From Hormiphora californensis (taxonomy: Eukaryota; Animalia; Ctenophora): a DNA stretch of 64,000 bases. The position numbers and the translations under genes were made by a program. The stretch spans positions 1,550,001-1,614,000 of the forward strand of contig CM035354.1 of assembly GCA_020137815.1 (NCBI GenBank). Reading direction: 5' to 3'. The notes beneath the pieces were generated by a model. That model saw only the letters and a list, made by a program, of their open reading frames with translations, was not told where the DNA came from and did no database searches. Numbering within the stretch: the stretch's first letter is position 1; each line of letters starts with the position of its first letter. Shown here piece by piece: positions 25,528 through 37,616 of this stretch.

Positions 25528-27834
25528 ATGATACACCTTTGCTTTGTCCTCTTCCTTCTAACTGCCACCACCCATGGTCTGGATCCCCTGCGGGTCCGAT
25601 CTGATGGCCATTTTGTGGACCCCGCTGGCAGGGTGGTCCTTCTACACGGCTTCAATGTGGTAGTAAAACAGTTTCCCTGGTACAGTGAGGACTTGTTCAA
25701 CACAACTCTACTCGCAAGATACAAGGAATGGGGCTTCAATGTGGTCAGGTTGGGCACCATGTGGAGTGGAGTGGAGCCTGATCAGCAGGGCGTCTACAAT
25801 GAGACATATCTGGGCATTATAAAGGAGCAGGTGGAGCTACTGGAACAACACGGTCTGTACGTCTTCCTGGACATGCATCAGGATGTTCTAGAGAGTCGGC
25901 TGGGGACCTATAATGGTGTACCAGGGTGGGTTGCTGATAAACTACCCCGGTCATCCAAACACCCATATCCCTGGCCATTTGGTGACACATCCCACTTTAA
26001 AGGGGGAGGATGGGCTCTCCAGTACCTCACTAAAGATGCTGGTTTAGCATTCCAGGGTCTCTATAACAATGCTAACGGAACCCAGGACAACCTAGCTGCA
26101 TTCTGGAGGAAGGTAGCTGAGACCTTTGTGGGTATGGACAGTGTGATGGGGTACGAGCTGATAAACGAGCCTTGGGCGGGTGATGTGTTTTCCAGACCGT
26201 CCCTCTTTGAGCCGGGTGTAGCCGGGAGACACAACCTCTTCCCCATGTATGAGAAGATAGCTGCAGCGATAAGAGAGGTAGATACATTATTATTAATTAA
26301 CATGTCACCTCCTCCCCCCACGTGGTGAGCTGTATTAGCATGTCGCCTCCTCCTCCCCAAGTGGTGAGTTGTATTAACATGTCGCCTCCTCCCCCCCTAC
26401 CCCAGGTAGATAACGAGACCATTATCATGACAGAACCGGTTACCTGGGGTGTCGTACTAAACGGTAAGCATCCCTTCGTGTTGATCACCTCTCTAGAGGC
26501 TTCGTCAATTACCGCAGGAGTTATAAGTGTGACTGCATCACCAACCCTTCGTGGAATCATTTTAGCATCTTGAAACACATCAGCAAATCAAATTTGAATA
26601 TTATACACCCAACTTCCGACTACCGACCCTACTAGGTAAAAGTGCGGGTACGGGATTTGAAGGAGTCCCTGGTGGGCCGGATTATAGAGACAGGAGTGTT
26701 CTCTCCTACCACCTGTATTGCTGGGGTAGACCAGGTGACCACGACCCTCTGAAACCTCTACAGAGGGTGGTTTGTGAGGACTTTCTGGCACGGGATGTCT
26801 TCAAGGTAAAGGGGTGGGGTGGGGGAGGTTGGGGTGGGAGAGGGGCGGGGTGGGGAGGGAGAGGGGTGGGGGAGGGGCGGGTTTGTGAGGACTTTCTGGC
26901 ACGGGATGTCTTCAAGGTAAGGAGAGGGGTGGAGGAGGGTCGGGTTGGGTGAGGGGCGTGTTGGCCATTGGGGTGGGCGGGGTGGGCCATGGGGTATAAT
27001 GTTCCAGGTATCTGTCTGGGAGTGGGGTGGAGGGATGGGAGTGTCTTCCAAGTATGCATAATATCCAGGGTGGAGGCGGTCTTTCGACCAACTGATTCGT
27101 ATCATAGTCGCTGTAATTCTATTGATTTTGTCACAAATCACGGTGTGAAGTGTTGCCTTGATCCTTGCTTTACCCTCTCTAACAAACATTGTGAAGGCTA
27201 GGGCTAGAAGATATGGTTGTCACTGTTTATAACTTTATCCCCACTGCAGGTAGCCCAAGAGGAGGCCCGTAGGACGGGAGGGGGACGGTTCCTCACCGAG
27301 TTTGGGGAGTGTGACCCGGACGGGAGGAAGAACTCATCAGACACGGTCATGTGTGAAACAGCACTGAACCTGGCAGACCAACATCTCGCATCATGGACCT
27401 ACTGGGATTCTGACTTCAGCAAGGATCCTGCAGCGGCATCTCCATCACCATGGCAACTAGAAGAAGATGCATCATCATCACCATGGCAACTAGAAGGAGC
27501 TGCATCTTCATCACCATGGCAACTAGAGAGTTCAGGGAAGTGGGAGGGTGTGAGGGTATTTGCGAGGTGTTACCCCCAGTTCACAGCCGGTACACCCACC
27601 TACCTCAGTTGGAGTGTGGACTCAGCATCAATGGTCCTTGAGTTCCAGATAGACCCCACCATCACCCGGCCAACAGTTATCGTCACCCCAATGTTACACT
27701 ACCCGGATGGGCTTCATGTCTCGGTGTCAGCGAACTTGAAATACACAGTTGATCGAGGAGAGGTATATGTTTACTCAAAGACAGGGGTGGGGGCAGGTGA
27801 GGTGGGTAAAGTTGCCATAGCCAGGATAGGTTGA
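25528..27834 (+). CDS. Endoglycoceramidase-like glycoside hydrolase family 5 enzyme, secreted or lysosomal
   Basis: Exons 25528-26277, 26406-26463, 26636-26805 and 27250-27834. Signal peptide; GRVVLLHGFN, FNVVRLG, LDMHQD, acid/base YELINEP, YHLYC, nucleophile LTEFG, SWTYW; C-terminal beta domain R.YP...AGTP. Confidence 0.9.
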
Positions 27835-29799
27835 TGCGAGAAATACGGTCAGAGCATTGGCCTGACAGTTGAAAAGAATGGACTAGAGACAGATGATATT
27901 ACTATTATGTGTATTATTATCATTCTGTGTGTAGGATGGCTCAAGATAAACATGAGCCCCGTTTGGTAAATTTCGATTGTAAATTGTGTTCAGATATTCC
28001 TTGTTATATCCGAAAACATATTTGATAAGTCATGTTGCAATGTTCCATAATGGAAACTAAACTCTTCATATCGGGAAGTAATTTTGATATCTCCTTCTGG
28101 TGCTGATATACACTCACACGCCCTCTGTAACAACAGATGAATGGGGAATCTCACATATACAACATACTCTTCCTGCTACACTGCAATATGTTTAACTTCC
28201 CTCGAATGTGTACCAGTGTAACTTCCGTGGAAGGGAGCTAGCAGTGGGAAGTATCAAATCAAATCACATTACCTACCTACATGTACACCCAAACGCCGCT
28301 AATTTGTCGACTGTCGAATAGCACAGCGTCTTGTACATATATTCCCTCTTCAAATATATTGGTATGCACATTACTTTTGAAGTTTTGGTTTTTGTGATTC
28401 TGTACAGTGGTGGAGATCATCTAATGCACAATACCATGTGTTTAATTATTGGTCAATCAGTCCTTGGAAGTATAGTAGTCATTAGCCCTTGTGTGTGTGG
28501 GATAAATTAGCACGCAACGGAATTCTCTTTTCCTCACACTAGAATTCTCCTCTCTTTTCTCCCTCACTCACACTTTAGAATTCTTCTCTCTCAACAACTC
28601 TCTTGAGCTAGCTGCTTCCACTCATTAACCCTCGCATATATATGACACTGTGTGGGTGTGTGTGTGTGTGTGTGTCGTATACCTCTCGTACTTCCACCCA
28701 CTTGCTGTCGTTGGGGAGCAGCGTTCCCTAGATCTCACAATTCTCTCCACTGTGTGTGTGTGTGTGGACAGTATTTGCTGGAAGCTCCTTTGAAAATGTT
28801 CAGAATCCAATATCATGATATTCCACTTTACTGTTTGTGTGTAAGGCTGCGATCTATTAGGGCGATTTATTCGGGCTCCCCTTTTGAGCCCCCGTAATCC
28901 CGTGTAATCCCCCGTGTTAGGAATTCGGTCCGCCGCCCGCCGGTCTTTTTTATATGATGTTTTGCTAACGTTAATTAGCAACGTCCTATTATCTCTTATC
29001 TTGTTTATTATCATTTATATCAAATCTATCAAATCTATCATTCTTTGTTCTTGCTAGCATGGCCCCCGGGCCGTTTTAAAAGCTTTCTTCGTTATATATT
29101 GTAGCCCTAAGTTATAAAATTTTCGACTCTTAGAGAAACGAGCTAGCTTGCTAATGTCTGCACACTCTCCCCCACCAGTCACCACTAGTAATTGTAGTTG
29201 TAGTTGTACCGGTTGTACGTTCTACATTCATCCGTCTGCAGAGCAAATATTGTTCACCAATCACAACTATACACGTGTCTCTCAACTGCAGGGCAGATGT
29301 TGTTACATCAACATTCGACGTTCACCCACATCCAGTGACCACTGACCAGCTCTACCCGGCATATCGTTCTACCTCATTCAGTTTGAACTGTGTGTGTTCT
29401 GCTTTGCTACATAGTATGCTGCTCATACGATGCATGCTCTCTCTCACAGCTTGAATTTGGGATAAATTAGCTGCTGTAATTGCACTTCCTTCTCTTTCTC
29501 TGTATATTCTCGTATGTTCTCTACCCTCTCATTCTTTCTCTCATATTATTTGATCTGCTGCATCTTTCTTTCCTCCATTCTATTATTCCCCGATCTATCA
29601 TTATATATTCTAATATTATCTTCGTGATTTCTCTGATTTCAATTCGCATCCAGTTTTTCCATAACCCATTATTTCTGGTATTGCCGGGTATAATTCGTCT
29701 TTTGTTATGCTTTATCTCGAATAAGTCTAAGATCATTTTACCACTTATAACTTTTGCTTTATATTAACTGAGTAGTTAGTAGTAGTTGAACGACACGAC

Positions 29800-32700
29800 A
29801 TGGATTTTGGAACTGTCCTCGAGGCTCTCATCGATCAGGTCAGTAACTTATTTTCAGACAGAAAACCAGTCCCGACAATCCCGTATCATGTGATATTACT
29901 GTCAGGCCAATGCTCTGACAGTACGTTATCAAGTGGTGTATGATTGTTAGGGCTTGTATACAGCTCGAGTCTCAACACTGAGGTGTCCTCAGCTTCTGAA
30001 GAACTGAGGTGTGTATTATATAGTAGCTCGCATGAAAATGGATATATATTCCTGGAGCCATATCATCTCCACATCATCTTAAGGCCAGAGGGGGGGTCGA
30101 CCTTAAGTGCTTTCTTAAGTAATTTCTTGGCCCCATTAATGGATAATGGAGCCAGATATAACATACCATCCAAATACATTCAAATTCCATTTCTGCGATT
30201 CAATATTTCTCATTTCTAATATTGTTGTGGCTATATATGGCCCCTATATTAGTACTTGACATACTAGTCCTCCTCGCCGCCCAGATGGGTGAACGGCACG
30301 TGATGCTCAGCTACCAATGGGACAGTCAGGAACTGGTAAAGAAGGTCTACGCAGCCATCAAGGAAAAGGGCGTCAACGTATGGATGGACATAGAGGGGGG
30401 TGTCACAGGTTGGTTTTGCGATATTCCCTTGTTGGCCCAGGCACTCGGAACTTGGTAGTTGGTTCTAACTCTCCTTTACAATTATAGAGAGAGTCGAGCA
30501 AGTCTCAGGTCTTGATACAATGTATGAAGTAGGTTTCTACATTCCTCCGTCCTCCAGGTAATATCAACGAGGCCATGGCTGAGGGGGTGGATGGGGCTGC
30601 CGTTGTGTGCCCCTTTATGACACAGAAATACCAGGAATCAAAGAACTGCTCCAAGGAACTGAACTACACTAACGACTCCAGTATCGTGGTAAGTGAGGCA
30701 GGTTAGGTAAAACAGGTCGATTTAGGGGAGGTCTGAACTTAATAGGGCTTTTTGTGGTACCAAAATGGTTACTTAGAAATCCCGAAAGGTATTGAAGACT
30801 TCTTCTTTTAGATAGATATACCTTAAGTAGGTTGCTACATTCTAACCTTCCTAGTTCCTCTATGGGGAACGGTGAGAAGCGATCGAGCAAGGCAATGAGT
30901 TATAGGTAGTTGTAAAAACCCAAAGTCCGAAGTCACTTGAACTTTTTACAAATCGAATGTGTCTCTAGGTAGTTCCGTGTATGGCCCAGACCCGAACTGA
31001 CAATGGTAACATGTATAGAGCGAGGGGCTGGCTTGGTATTATCACTGCCGGGAAACTCTGGATAGATTTCAAAGGAGAGGACCAGATGGAATATAGGGTC
31101 ATTCAGTTGCTGACAGAGTGCTGCAATCAACTCAATAAAACCGGTAATTGGTAATTAGTAATTAGTATTTAGTATTGGATAATTAGTAACTAGTATTGGA
31201 TTCATACTTGATAGTGGGTTGTTGTGGGAGTTGAATTGGAGTACATAGTTACAGCCATTATACACAAGTAGTGTTGAATTGATTTCAACCCTTCTTACTG
31301 TTTGTTCATCAGATTAAATAATGTTTTCCCTGCATCTTCAGAGCAGCCGGTGGGTAAAATGAAGATGATGAAGGAAGCAAAGGCAGAGAGAAAGAAACCA
31401 GAGGTCAAGAAAAAGGAGAACTCCTTCCAAGGTAAAATATTACAATAAACTCGCCATGGGTTAATTTCCATAAACTCTTGCATCAAAAGTCTAACGAGAT
31501 GTTTTGTTAACCCAAAGTTTCGCAACTCTTCACAAATCAACTAGTACTAACTGATCCCGTAAGCGATAGTTCCTAGTGGGTTTTTCCCAGGCACCCCTCA
31601 GAAGAAGAAGAAGAAGAAGCAGTACTAACAAGTCCCCTTCTATTTTACAGCTAAATTGAGTGCGGGGATGTTGGTGCTACCTAAGGATCAGAAAATCACT
31701 ATTCCCCTAAAGCAACCCCTAGAGACAGGCGATGAAATTGAGGTATATCAAATTATTTGTAGGACAGTTAACTTTTAGCTGTTATTGATTCATAATTGTT
31801 CTAGAATCTATCTAATCCTCCCACGTGCAATTTAATAGGATATCCGACTAGTTAACATTTGTTAACATTAGTTAACCTTCCACCAGGTAACGGGAGAGTT
31901 CAAATGGGGTAACAAGTTCAATTTCAACCTCATTGGCTCCTCCTATGAAGAAGTCCTGGTTCACTTTGACCTCAGACCACAAGAGAACTGTGTGGTGATG
32001 AACAACAAGCGACACGGATCATGGCAGACAGAGATCCGGGATCACAGTGTCGTCTCTGCATTCATGAACGGTGAAATGGACAAGAACTTTACTCTGATTG
32101 TCCGGTGTGAGAGGGATGAGCTGACGTTTACAATTAACGGAAGGAATGTCACCCCATTCCCCATTCGAGTGCCACTCCGGGAGGGTAAGAACATACTGCT
32201 GCAAAACCCTGAAAACAGCGGTGACTTCCTCTGGAGGACCCTCCGGATCCCAGGGAAGAAGGAAAACAGCTCAAATGCTAAAGATACCCTCCCTGTGGTG
32301 TCAGGGGAGCAGGTCCTGCTGGAGGAGAGCCTGTGTGAGGGTGGTGGGGTGGAGTTATGGGGAGCCCATAGTGGGGGTAACGAATATTGGGCGAGTTTAT
32401 CCCGGGGGAGTGGCGATGGAAAGGAGGATCTTGTACGGGTTGTTGTCAAACCTAGTATGAACACAGTCTACCTTGGTGACACACAGGTTGATGGAGCATT
32501 TGAGGAGTTGACCAGGAAGGAGACCTTTGACCTGAAGATAGTGTTTGAGGGAGAGGGAGAGGCAAGGTTGGTTATCAATGGAAAGGATCAGGGAGAGACA
32601 GTGAAGCTTCCCTTCCCGATTGGTGCTGTATCCTATGTTCTTTGTGAGGGGTCACCATGGCAACGGATTAAGATTCCCAAACCCCGGCAAGCCTTCCAAT

Positions 32701-33152
32701 CCTACGCTCGATACCCAATCAACCAGCTAGGTATCGGTGATGTTATAACCTTTACGGGAAAATACCGCCCTGGTCTCTCAGCCACTAGTGCTAACATCAA
32801 CATAGACGACAACAACAGGATCCTGCACGTTGCAATACGACCTGCTAGTGGTGTGATAGTGTTGAATACCATGTCAGGTGGGGGGTGGATGAGCGAGATC
32901 AGATCTCCCATTCCCCAGGAGATGATGTCCTGTGATCAGTTTGATATGTTCGTTATGGTTAACGAGGACGCACTAGATATTGAGTTCTCTCCGGATGGTG
33001 ATAATGGCAAAGTGTTCCTACAGATGAGCATGCCTCACAGGCTGCCATACAACAAGGTAACTGAGGTACAATTTGTAGATTTTAATGATGATTTCTGGTG
33101 TGAGTTGGAACTCCAGGATGGGTCCCTATTTACCAAGGAACTGACACACTAA
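29800..33152 (+). CDS. TIR (TIR_2-type) plus three galectin-fold domain fusion protein, 638 aa
   Basis: Exons 29800-29838, 30285-30408, 30558-30688, 30969-31143, 31342-31431, 31651-31742 and 31887-33152 total 1917 nt in frame. TIR: HVMLSYQWDSQ...VWMDI...MAEGVD...YQESKNCSKEL...GWLGIITAGKLWIDF. Galectins: VHFDLRP..VVMNN..GSWQTEIR, a degenerate middle domain, and LHVAIRP..IVLNT..GWMSEIR. Confidence 0.85.
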
Positions 33153-33196
33153 ACCATATGAGACTCAAAGACACTGAATCTGTATCCATATGAGAC

Positions 33197-34807
33197 TCAA
33201 AGACACACTGAATCTGGATCACTGAGTAGGTCCTCTCTAACTACCGGGACATGTCGCGAGAGAGAGCAGTGCAGGATAGGGAGAGAATGAGGGAGATCTG
33301 ATCGTATTCGCAAGAATCTGTTACGGAGAGACTCGAAAGGGATCTCTGTTGTTAAGAGACTCAAAGTATTGTTTAGATCTACGGAACTGATAAATGTTAC
33401 TAAATAATCATATGATAATATATTCCGAGAACATAAACTTCCTTGAAATGCTGTGTTGCCAAGTAGTTCTCCCGAAATATTAAGAAGCTTCCTCTCTCTC
33501 AGTACTACCCGCAGAATATGGCGGATACGGGTAGTACCCATCTCTCTCAAGAAGCTTCCTCTCTCACAACCTGAATTTACCGTCTTGTTTGACAGCATCA
33601 CGCCGGAGATTTATTTAATATTTAATCAACGATCACGCACAATATCCTTGAGTTTTACTGATCTCCAGACGTCAAACATCCTTGAGTTTTACTGATCTCC
33701 AGACGTCAAACATCCTTGAGTTTTACTGATCTCCAGACGTCAAACATCCTTGAGTTTTACTGATCTCCAGACGTCAAACATCCTTGAGTTTTACTGATCT
33801 CCAGACGTCAAACATCCTTGAGTTTTACTGATCTCCAGACGTCAAACATCCTTGAGTTTTACTGATCTCCAGACGTCAAACATCCTTGAGTTTTACTGAT
33901 CTCCAGACGTCAAACATCCTTGAGTTTTACTGATCTCCAGACGTCAAACATCCTTGAGTTTTACTGATCTCCAGACGTCAAACATCCTTGAGTTTTACTG
34001 ATCTCCAGACGTCAAACATCCTTGAGTTTTACTGATCTCCAGACGTCAAAGAAAATGATCTTTCCGAAATATAATTTTGGCTATGATAATCAAGACCATA
34101 TTCTCATTTCTTCAAACTGCATTGGCCTGACAGGTTTTAATCGCAGAGTTAAGTCACGCGGCCCTTACTCAACAATTTATCATAACGACCCCAAACCATG
34201 AACAAATATAAGATTTAAGAAACCTAACCCAAAAATTATTTTCCAAACACAGCAGGACATAATATTATAATTACACATGCATGGCTCTAGTTAAAGATTG
34301 GAACCTGACATACGTATACTCCCCCGATAGATAAATAACTAAATAAATGTGGCAGCAAAATCTGCATCTCTCTCACCAAGTGTACGTACAGTGGGACCCT
34401 GATCATTTACCGGCTGTTGCTCGGGGAAAGGCCAAAGGGTTTGCCCGCGCTAAATCGTGGTCCGACTCTACCTTCACATTGTCCCCCCCCCCAAATATCT
34501 ATCCTAGAATAAACGTACCTTGATCAACGTGGCCCTCAGGGCTAGCATCTCCTCCTCCGGTGGGGGAGTCAGTGGCTCTCTCTCGACTGTACCCTGTAAT
34601 TAGATGGAAGATAGAAGATGGATAAGGAAGAGCTATTTTGTTACAATAAACCTCTTTTTGTTACAATGTACCTCTTTTTGTTACAATAAACCTCTTTTTG
34701 TTACAATAAACAGCTCATTTTGGAAACTAACCTTGTTCAGGAATATTGTTGGCAGGGTCATACCCGTCAATATCAAGGGTTAGGCGATCTCTCAGTAGAT
34801 TATACAT
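33197..34807 (-). CDS. Possible small spliced gene, or 3' part of a gene, of unknown function
   Basis: Phase-compatible GT-AG segments 34807-34732, 34593-34519 and 33297-33197 give MYNLLRDRLTLDIDGYDP...DLLSDPDSVCL*. No recognisable motif. Confidence 0.3.
33644..34050. repeat. 34-bp perfect tandem repeat, 12 units
   Basis: ATCCTTGAGTTTTACTGATCTCCAGACGTCAAAC repeated head-to-tail with no spacers. Confidence 0.95.
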
Positions 34808-35797
34808 TGTTCAACTGGGGAGAGGGGTATCAATTATAGTTAATTAGTTGATAATTAGTTAATTAGTTGATACTTAGAAATATAATCGAAATGATCTGTA
34901 GTTAAATGGAATCTTACAAAACGGGCGACAGAACCTGTCAGTGTGGATGGCTGGCAGGAAAAGGGAAAGAAAATACTAATTATAAGAGATAAAGAAGGAG
35001 AGAGAAAGAGAGAGAAAGAAGGAGAGAGAAAGAGAGAGAAAGAAGGAGAGAGAACGAAGGAAAGACTATAAGAATTGGGTGGTGTAAATAATTGTCATAG
35101 CTAAATAGGTCCGCATTCATAACATGTCAAGTATGTGTGTGCCACAAAGCCTGCAAAAGAGTGCTTATTACAAATTGGAAATCAAACAAGCCTGACTGAC
35201 TGCAGTTACCTATCACCTATAATGCACTATACACATGCCTGACTGGCAATATACTCAACCTGTGCAGTTTGTGGCATTTCCTGTAACCTATAATGCAGTT
35301 TTAATGCTATAAAACACTATGCAGTTTGTCACACTGTCACTCGAGTGACACTTGACAGTGTGACAAACTGATCAGTTCTAAGAAGACTAGATTGGAGCTG
35401 ATCTTGAACAAAAGAAGTTAGACATGACCTAAAATACAATCACATGATCACATGATCACCACATTATTCACAATACCATCTACACATTTCCAGTTATCAT
35501 ATCCGGTCTATGACAATGTGTCCTCATCTATACATACTAATTAGCTGTTAATCACACGTGTTACATAACAGTTCCACCAGCCACACAATAGCACAGGTTC
35601 TATGATGGTTGCAGTACCGCGACCAGGGCGGGGATCAACGCGACATGTTGAGTTACCTTGTACAAAATCCTACCTCTCCAACCAGCTCATTAGTGTACAG
35701 TGCCACACAATAGGTTCTAACTAAATTGAGAGTCAGATTCTACATGGGCAGCTCACTTCAAGTAAGAGACATATTGGCAGAGAACACAAGTGGGCAG

Positions 35798-37050
35798 GTG
35801 AGTAGAACTTCGCTCCTAATAAAAGGCTGCAATAAAAGGCTGCAGAAAAAGGCTGCAATAAAAGGCTGCAATAAAAGGCTGCAATAAAAGGCTGCAATAA
35901 AAGGCTGCAATAAAAGGCTGCAAGGGGTCACGTATCCAGGCCAACCAGACTAAAGCGGGGGATAGACCGAATCGTCCTACCCTAATAGTGTTTCGTATCA
36001 CGTATCGGCTGTAGAGAGACCGAACCACCATCCCCTAACTATAGTGATTCGTGTCACGTATCCAACTAGACCATATATGCGATAGAGACCGAGATAGAGA
36101 GCGAGTACGAGTGAGAACTGAGAGAGTGAAAAATCAGAATCACGGTATGGTATCACGTACCATGGTATCCTCTAATGAAAAGCGGTTACCAATTGACAAT
36201 GAGACCTCATAGGTCCCGATACGTGATTCTCTACCGCTATGTATTCTCCATTGGTCTTTCCGTATCGATCCACGATTCAGTAGAGGTAGTCAGTAACTAC
36301 TGAGAGTGTTGGTCTAATGAGGTAGCTACCTACCGGTACGATAGATCCATTGATTGAGCGTGTAGCACAATGACAGGTGAACCACCCAACCACTTGGTTC
36401 ACCTATCATAGTATTATGTGTGATTCCGCTCTACTGAATTGTGTACATATAAAGACTATTGGCGAATAACGGTAGAAAATCAGTAATCACGTATTGGCAC
36501 CGATTAGGTGAAATTATAGGTAACCGCCTTTCATTTAATTAACCAACACTCTCAGTAGTTACTGACTACCTCTACTGAATCGTTGATCGATACGGAAAGA
36601 CTAATGGAGAATAAATAGCGGTAGAGAATCACGTATCGGGACCGATGAGGTCTCATTGTCAATTGGTAACCGCTTTTCATTAGAGGATACCATGGTACGT
36701 GATACCATACCGTGATTCTGATTTTTCACTCTCTCAGTTCTCACTCGTACTCGCTCTCTATCTCGGTCTCTATCGCATATGGTCTAGTTGGATACGTGAC
36801 ACGAATCACTATAATTAGGGGAGGGTGATTCGGTCTCTCTACAGCCGATACGTGATACGAAACACTATTAGGGTAGGACGATTCGGTCTATTCCCCGCTT
36901 TAGTCTGGTTAGATACGTGATCCCTTGCAGCCTTTTATTGCAGCCTTTTATTGCAGCCTTTTTCTGCAGCCTTTTATTGCAGCCTTTTATTGCAGCCTTT
37001 TTCTGCAGCCTTTTATTGCAGCCTTTTATTAGGAGCGAAGTTCTACTCAC
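35798..37050. mobile_element. Foldback-type element with about 510-bp inverted arms carrying subterminal 13-bp tandem repeats
   Basis: GTGAGTAGAACTTCGCTCCT(AATAAAAGGCTGC)n...(GCAGCCTTTTATT)nAGGAGCGAAGTTCTACTCAC, with a spacer of about 230 bp. No clear TSD. Confidence 0.8.
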
Positions 37051-37616
37051 ATATACAATTCGATCTCACACCAGTTTTGATTTAGCAGTGTCGAGAACCT
37101 GCGTCTAAACAATATTCAACCAGAATAAATAAATATATATCTGCTATAGCTAAATAACAATGCTCGACTACTATATATTAGCTTGGATCATTATTAGAGG
37201 ACCATTTAGTTGTAACAATGATAAGATAACTGCGCTTCCTTTTCTATTTTAATATCCTAGCTCTGGACGACTATTATATAGTAGTAGGTTATATATTACA
37301 ACGTTGTAATATATAACCTTTGTAAATGTTAAAGAGGAGAGCTTAGTATATGATATAAAGATATATAGTTTTCTGGTTCGTATCAAATCGGTAATCGCCT
37401 GTAATCTATATATACATCACTGCACTGGCAAGTGCCCCGTGACCCTGTAATCTATATATATATATATTTCTAAACTCATTCTGAATCTCATGGGTCGGCG
37501 ATGCCATTCAGGTAACTGGTAAAGTATATATCACCTTGCCGAATTACTGGAAGCAAAATCTAGGAACTAAAGTACTAGGTACTTATAAGGAGTAAAGGAA
37601 AACTAAACCAAAATAT

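Noticed and set aside
25528-27834. Endoglycoceramidase as a recent bacterial transfer or contamination
   Set aside because: It has spliceosomal introns and a signal peptide, and animal endoglycoceramidases are known from cnidarians. Deeper origin needs a phylogeny.
33644-34050. CRISPR-like 34-bp repeats
   Set aside because: There are no spacers and no cas genes, and the context is eukaryotic.
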